From contig OZ024741.1 in the NCBI GenBank assembly GCA_964016885.1, positions 362,018,001 to 362,082,000 of the forward strand: DNA of 64,000 bases, read 5' to 3'. Positions 57,023 to 64,000 of this stretch are shown here, piece after piece. The notes beneath the pieces were generated by a model. It saw nothing but the letters and a program-made list of their open reading frames with translations, did no database searches and was not told the origin of the DNA. The DNA is from Eledone cirrhosa (Eukaryota). The position numbers and the translations under genes are program-made. Each line of letters starts with the position of its first letter. The stretch's first letter is position 1.

Positions 57023-58570
57023 TAGAAAACTGCGACCCCTTTGCTCTAGGAAAAAAAAAAGAAAAAAATCTGGGATTTAAAATGGGATAATATGGATTAT
57101 GCACTTTCTTGGTCAGTGTTAAGACTCACCCTCCCATGCCAAAATGAAAGACGCTTCTGTAATCGTTGTATGACGGAAGTGTTGGAGATTATGACTGGTT
57201 CAGATCTGTTGAACTCTCGACACGACAGAACTTTTAACTGCCAGCATAAGGCATTAAAAACTTTCGTTAAATATCACCCTGACTACCATATGATTGGATC
57301 CCGTGTTTCTGTATCCACTCTACTTGAATTACTCACCCCTTGCATAACTTTCCTTCTCGCCGCCTTTATTCGTCTTAGCGCCTGCTTGTCCCCTTTGTTG
57401 TTGGTTTCTGCTGAGATAAAATCTAATACTTTGCCCCTCAATTTAATTTATAGGCTTTCAACAAAATCTTATCATTTCTGATCACTTCGGTTTCCTTTCT
57501 TTTTCTCTTTTCTCTTCTTTCTTTCTCTCTCCTATTTCCCCTATCCACAATATATGATTAAAGTTATTTGACCAGCCATAGTTCTTTCTCTTTCTAAATT
57601 TCCTCTACTTACAATTCTACTAATCTTCTCATTGATCATTTGGATTGGAATCTCTTCCCCCGCATACAAATCTAGTATCTATATTTGGTATAATTATTGT
57701 AATTCATGTACTTATTGTTGATTTATTATTTTTTGTTCACTATTTTTGTTATTTGTATATTATATTTTGATTCTATATATAGAACTATATACCAAAGTTT
57801 TGTGCATTAGTTTTGCCAGCAGAAAGTAACGCTTATTGCAGAAATGCAGTACCCACAACTAGGAATATAACCAATTTTTCTTATTCCCTGTTAATATCTT
57901 TTTCTTCTTTTTTTCTTTCTGATGAAGTGCAATTACTGACACGTAATGCATATGAATGAACATTATATAATGTAGTCAGTGGGTGTAGACCGTTACGTAA
58001 TTGTACAAAAACATATGTTAAAGATTGAACATACAATAAATTACTTCTGTCCACATCTTCCTGCCTATTTTTTCCTGATTTTTTTCCCGGTACCATATTT
58101 ATACTTATAAAATCTCCGTGAAATTCTCATTGGCAATTGTACCATAACCTTTTTTTTATGCTAGGAACACGTTGACAAAAAAAAAAAAATTTGGTAAGTA
58201 GTCTTCCATATTTATTTTGTTTGCGCGTTCACCTCAAACAATTGATTTGATCTACACAAACGAAATTATATATATATTTATACATATATATAATGGTGGT
58301 GCCCCAGCATGACCTCAGCTAATCGGCAGAAACCCGTAAAAGAATATATATATATATATATATATAGGAAAAAGTATGACCCCGACGGCAGAGCTCAAGC
58401 CGTTTCGACGGATATTTCTGGACTACCAGAAATAGCCGTCGAAACGGCTTGAGCTCTGTCGTCGGGGTCATACTTGTTCCTATTTCCCACTCTACTACCC
58501 AAAGTAGTGAGTACTCTGGTGCGTTATGGTCCATCTGGTTCCTTACCACAATTCCTTTGTTATATATATA

Positions 58571-60553
58571 TGTAGCAGTTACCTCCCTTGTTGTGACTCA
58601 CAACCCCAATAGATTAACAACATCTAGACGGGAAGTAGAACCCTTTCTGTAACTTCCGGTCAGAACCCTATAAAACTAATAACTTTAAGTTCTCACTCTC
58701 TCATTTGCCCTTCTGGCGCCTGGCCTTCGCCAGGCGTCTTCTGCCAGCCTGCGTTTGCCTGGCAATCAAAACGGTAACTACTAACTTTGCTTCATTCTTT
58801 CGTTTATTCATTGACATGTCAACTATACTGTTAAATTGTTGATTAAATATTATACACACAAACCATGTCTCCGTGTTACATTCATACACACCAGTATCTT
58901 CGCTATATTGGTAACCCTGACGTGATACGAACACGCAGCCGTTCATTGTTATAAGTGGTCACCCCCCCAAAAAAAATACAAAAAAAAAAAAATAGCAGAA
59001 TCTGGTGTTGTGTGAGTAACATTACGAATACACAGCAAATTTATTGACAAACTATGAAAATACTCAGTCAAAGAAACGAACACACCACGCACATGTGAAA
59101 TTCGCGTTCAGACAGACTTTTTCTCTCACGCATCAACTAACTGTCGCATTTCACGATATATATATGTTTCTCGTTTCTTACAACGAACACTTTCAAAACA
59201 AAAAAAAAACAAAAAAAAAAAAGAAATTTGATTTTTTTTTTTTTTTAAAACATTTCAACAGGAACATTTATTTTCGATGAACCATTGCCTTTTTTTTTTT
59301 TTTTCCCAAAGTTCACACCAATAATTATGCTGAGTGAAGCCTTTCTTTTTCATCATTGTCACTTTCACACTTGCACTATCATTTTCTCGCGCGTTAGAAA
59401 TATTATTTTTTAAACCTAACTTAACCTTGTATTGGCACGTGTAGGCAGCACAAATTCTCGACTCACAGAGATATCTCGACTCACAGAGATAGCCGCACGC
59501 CAGAGATAACGTTTCTCGCCAAGGATTCTTCAGCCTTAAGCTATATTCTCCTATTTGCCGGTTTAAAAATTTACCACGTAAATTTGCCGTTGAAAACTGC
59601 GCATTTATTCAGAATGCTTATTTCTTTGGTCGCTGGCCTCTTGACCCTTCCAGGTCAACGCATTCTCAACATCGACCATCAACTTCGGCTGTTATTTCTA
59701 GCACTTTGCGCAACTCATTTTTTCTGAAAAAATTTTTTTTACTGTGAATTTAAACACCGAATACGCTCACTCCGCGAGACGACAACATCAACAGCAACAC
59801 AGCTTCACCAACAACCAAAACCAGCAGAACAAGCCAGAGAATTTATTTTTGCAGCACTCTTCCTGTGAGAAAATCCATTCGGAGGTTGGAAATTTCACGA
59901 TATACCACAGAACAGAAACCACCTGCATTCATTCTCTGGAACACACTTTCTTTCCTGCTGTCATGTGATTGCACACCTGTGAACTACATTTTGTACATTT
60001 GAACTTTGAGCTCTTCTCTTACTTTATTACATTGTATCTTTGGGTGATGGATAGATAGATGTCCAGTCGTTCTCTGGCCAAGAGCGGTTGGCTACCTTGA
60101 TATCTATCATTGATTTTTGAAAACATTCTTTTGTCGTAATTTTCATGCCTGTTACAATATTCTCGCCAAATTGCTACATATTTCATTCGATTTTTATATT
60201 CTAAAATTCTGGCGGGAGGTTATGTAGCAGTTACCTCCCTTGTTGTGACTCACAACCCCAATAGATTAACAACATCTAGACGGGAAGTAGAACCCTTTCT
60301 GTAACTTCCGGTCAGAACCCTATAAAACTAATAACTTTAAGTTCTCACTCTCTAATTTGCCCTTCCGGCGCCTGGCCTTGGCCAGGCGTCTTCTGCCAGC
60401 CTGCGTTAGCCTGGCAATCAAAACGGTAACTACTAACTTTGCTTCACTCTTTCGTTTATTCATTGACATGTCAACTATCCTGTTAAATTGTTGATTAAAT
60501 ATTATACACACAAACCATGTCTCCGTGTTACATTCAAACACACGAGTTCTTCG

Positions 60554-60558
<5 letters not shown>
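58571..60558 (+). mobile_element. Non-autonomous LTR retrotransposon (two ~337 bp LTRs, ~1.3 kb non-coding interior)
   Basis: Direct repeats at 58571-58907 and 60223-60558 starting TGTAGC. PBS at 58909; purine tract GGCGGGAGG before the 3' LTR; (TA)n flanks. Confidence 0.85.
58909..58926 (+). promoter_or_regulatory. Primer binding site complementary to tRNA-Trp
   Basis: TGGTAACCCTGACGTGAT matches the recalled tRNA-Trp 3' complement TGGTGACCCCGACGTGAT at 16/18 positions. Confidence 0.75.
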
Positions 60559-60591
<33 letters not shown>

Positions 60592-60593
<2 letters not shown>

Positions 60594-62050
60594 GATAATA
60601 AGTTATCGTTATAGGTAATCCAGTTAGAGGTTGTGAGTACTCTGTATTGTGGATAGTTTTAACGTACGGCGTTGTTTGACTCAACAAGAGGTTTCCATAG
60701 TTAGGTAGCGAGTTCGTGAGAATTCCTATGCAGGTTATTCTTGGAGTAATAATAGTGAAAGATTGAAGAATAACATGGTCGGCTGTACAAAAAGAGTTTT
60801 ATTTCTAGTATTAACAATTGTTTCATTGATCAGGTGAGTCTAAAGGCCGCTAATCACTCGAAGTTGCGTCACTCGACCTTAAATACAGTGTTTGCCTCTG
60901 ATCAAATCATCGGAATACTGGAGGTTTTACATATAGCATTGGTATTTATAGATACAACAGAGAATCAAAACAATAACATCAATGATAAAAGATAATAATA
61001 AAGAAGTTAGAATGAAGATGATAAAGATGTAAAAAATAAGTAAAAAAATAATAAGTACAGAATACGATTGCTAATAATGGTGGTGGTGGTTAAAGTAACA
61101 GTGGTGAGTAAGTGTATGTGTAAAGACGTGATGAGGGTAGAGATAATATTAACATGAAAAGAAACATTAAATACATACATACCTAGTGGTCAAATCTCAG
61201 AGGGTTAGAGTAGAAAATAAAAAAATAGTAACAAATAACAGATAAAAGATAAAAAATAATAAATTAAAAATTAAGTGAGAGGGGAAGAGATACAAGACAG
61301 GAGACAGAGAGTGGGGTGGTGTTACGATGATGAGGCATAAGGGGTAGGGCTAAGGACGAGGAAGGAGTAGATAGGTAGATAGAGAATAAAAATTGAGAGG
61401 GAGAGTTTTGATATATGTGTGGTAAATGCCTGGCAGGCTGATTGTTTTATCTTAATGGGGTTGATGTGGTTTTAGGGAGAGAGAGTGAAAGAAAGGTTGG
61501 GAGATTTATGATGTTTATTTAGTGACCAGTTGGTCAGTTGACAGCTAATAACAGTACATTAAAATCCGGGTGGTTCTGCTTGTATTCTGCGATTGCTGGA
61601 TCGAATCATGTTGGTTTGAAATTTGCGAACTTGGTAGCTGCTTTGTGCCTACAGAAAATTGATCGTTCTATTTTTCTGTTAAGCAGCATTTTATCATACT
61701 TTAAAATATGGAACAGCTCCATATTGCAAAGTCCGCAGTGGGACATTCCATTGTTGTAGGCCCTTGCTCCCGACAATTTCGACCAGCTAATCCCATATTC
61801 CTGGTTTGTGTCCTTAAGCTGCCAGATTTTATTGGCCAGCGTTGTTGAGTTGTCTAATCTACGGTTCTTCATAGAATGTCTCCAGTATTCCGATGATTTC
61901 ATCAGAGGTAAACACTGTATTTAAGGTCGCGTGATGCAACTTCGAGTGATTAGCGGTCTTTAGACTCACCTGATCAATGAAACAATTGTTAATACTAGAA
62001 ATAAAACCTTTTTTGTACAGCCGACCATGTTATTCTTCAATCTTTCACTA
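60592..62050 (-). mobile_element. 5'-truncated Penelope-like element with an inverted 5' terminal repeat
   Basis: GIY-YIG C-terminus STTLANKIWQLK...CGLC..E...LLNR..CRHK at 61606-61880. Inverted arms at ~60752-60923 and ~61880-62050. Confidence 0.82.
60807..60919 (-). ncRNA. Hammerhead-like motif with CCGAUGA core and long stem II (inverted copy at 61884-61996, +)
   Basis: AGTATT-CCGATGA-TTTGATCAG...CTGATCAAT-GAAA-CAATTG-TT-AATACT. Confidence 0.6.
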
Positions 62051-62097
62051 TATATATATATATATAGAAGTGGTTACACAACAGTTAGTTCACCATA

Positions 62098-62137
62098 CCG
62101 AGAACAATTGTTTCACCTTAGCGGATCTTCAGCTCGG
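62098..62137 (-). ncRNA. Minimal 40-nt type I hammerhead motif
   Basis: CCGAG-CTGAAGA-TCCGCTAAGGT-GAAA-CAATTG-TT-CTCGG. Confidence 0.7.
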
Positions 62138-62149
62138 GATATATATATA

Positions 62150-63683
62150 TAACGAAGGAATTGTAGTAAGGAATCAGATGGACCATAACGCACCAGAGTA
62201 CTTAATACTTAGGGTAGTAGAGTGGGAAATAGGAAAAAGTATGACCCCGACGGCAGAGCTCAAGCCGTTTCGACGGCTATTTCTGGACTAAATTAGAATT
62301 TTTAGCCTGATGAATAAATAGCCGAACTTGTCAAGGGGTACTTCCTTATATGGGAAGATTGTAGTTGTCAAGAGGATTGGTTAAAATTTGTTGTAAACAC
62401 AAATAAGTCTATCATGGCATTTGGTGGGAGGTAGGGGTGGCTGAACTTGCCTCTAGAACAATAGGGGAGTGGGTGGAGCCGGTCAAGCGTTGTAAGTGAT
62501 ATGTATACAGCAGATTCTAAGGATAGTGTATGAAATGGAGGAGGGAGGTTATAGAATAGGTAATTCGAATGAGAGTAGGAGACAATAAAAGATAATAAAA
62601 AGAAAAAAATATATATATATAAAATTAGATAGTGAGAAATGAATTTAAAAAAATCACAATGCTATCTTACAATTACAGGTTAATAAGTTGAGAATAGAAA
62701 AAAATTGTAGAAATTGAGTAGTAACAAAAATGATACAAAAATAAATGGGTCTAACACATCTGCTATAAATAGTTAGTAAAACGTATTCGGCCAATTCTAT
62801 TAAAATTACCTCGAAAATGATCTGTACTACCCATACAGGAAACCAAACGACAACCTGCACTACATCCACCGCCGCTCTAACCATCATAGAAACATCACCA
62901 ATAACCTGGTTAAAAACATTTCCCTCCGCATATCTCGTTTGTCCGCTAATGAGCAGATATTCGACGAACATGCGCCTCATTACAACCAAGCCCTCAAGCG
63001 GAGTGGCTTCCGGGAGGGAATATCATTTTATCCAGCTTCCCTTGGCGGAACCACCAGGCGACACCGCCGCTCGCGCAACGTATCGTGGTTCAATCCTCCC
63101 CATAATGCCGAGGTGGCAACAGCTATCGGGAAAATCTTCTTTAGGCTCCTCGAAAAACACTTCCCACTACAACACCGCTACCACAACATAATCAACAAAA
63201 ACACCATCAAACTCTCCTACAGCACCACACCTAACTTCGCACAAAACGTCGTCTCCTCAAACAACAAAAAACTCAACCCGTATGGAAGAAACAACCTAGA
63301 CATCAGTGGAGAGCTGACCAGAAGGTGTAACTGCCCTGATAGATCTACGTGCCCCCTCAACAACAACTGCCGAGAACGTAACGTTATCTACCAGTGCGAC
63401 GTGAGGACGGACACGTCCAACAAAGCTTATATAGGATTAACCGCTAGTGACTTCAAGACCAGGCTCTACCAACACCGACATACTTTCCGAAACCCGGTCC
63501 GGCGACATGCCACTACACTTTCGGGCCACATCTGGGACCTCCAAGATAATAATATAACCTACAATCTCACTTGGAGCTTACTGTCCAGAGCTAACTCTTA
63601 CACGGGAGGACGCCGTCCGTGTAACTTATGCTCGGAGGAAACATTACAAATGCTGTTTTCGAAGGACCAACTCCTAAACAAGA
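62150..63683 (+). mobile_element. Penelope-like element: inverted 3' UTR/terminal repeat followed by an open RT-thumb + GIY-YIG frame
   Basis: Frame from ~62810: PYRKPND..YIH..SNH...WFNPP...KHFP...NVIYQC...AYIGLT...CNLC. ~62317-62522 is the reverse complement of ~55000-55224. Confidence 0.88.
62244..62339 (-). ncRNA. Type I hammerhead motif, U3:A8 core, stable stem III
   Basis: ACCCC-TTGACAA-GTTCGGCTATTT...AAATAGCCGTC-GAAA-CGGC TTGAGCTCT GCCG-TC-GGGGT. Confidence 0.72.
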
Positions 63684-63878
63684 AAGTCATCAGTATACTC
63701 TAAAGTCATCAGTATACTCTATGTCTTACTTAGATTGATGTTGTGATTATTTTAACTATTTACGGTCTAGCTAATTTATTGTGGTATTGCTGATATTGTT
63801 GGTATTGTTATTATTGTTCTGATTTAATGCCACTACTATATATAGAAGCCATGGCTGTGTATTCCCTTCATTCTCGCA

Positions 63879-63986
63879 TGCTCTGATGAATTGACTGGTT
63901 ATAACAAAGTATTGGTGATCGATTGACGCAAAAACAGGCGGGTAGCGATCTCTAGACCTACCAGATCAGAGAAACAATTGTCAGCA
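63879..63986 (+). ncRNA. Type I hammerhead motif with long stem II
   Basis: TGCT-CTGATGA-ATTGACTGGT...ACCAGATCAGA-GAAA-CAATTG-TC-AGCA, followed by AATAAA. Confidence 0.68.
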
Positions 63987-64000
63987 CTGTGAATAAAGCC

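Overview
Repeat-saturated animal genomic DNA. The SINE/LINE content suggests an octopod cephalopod, which is an inference. Most ORFs in the supplied track are translations of (TA)n/(TATG)n/(TCTA)n microsatellites. The only host coding sequence I can support is the first coding exon of a two-pore-domain K+ (K2P/KCNK-like) channel on the minus strand at 49284-49425. No second exon was recognised, so positions 1-49283 may all be intron. The rest is transposable elements: a head-to-tail cluster of Tx1/L1-type LINEs, each bounded by (TCTA)n; R4/Dong-like and RTE LINEs in (CATA)n; Vingi and CRE remnants; several Penelope-like elements (PLEs); a Helitron; a non-coding LTR element with a tRNA-Trp PBS; tRNA-derived SINEs; and MITEs. 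The most striking hidden layer is about a dozen type I hammerhead ribozyme motifs from several PLE-associated families. They include U3:A8 core variants, very long stem II insertions and palindromic stem III, and many sit in fold-back inverted repeats. All structures were folded by eye and no database searches were run.
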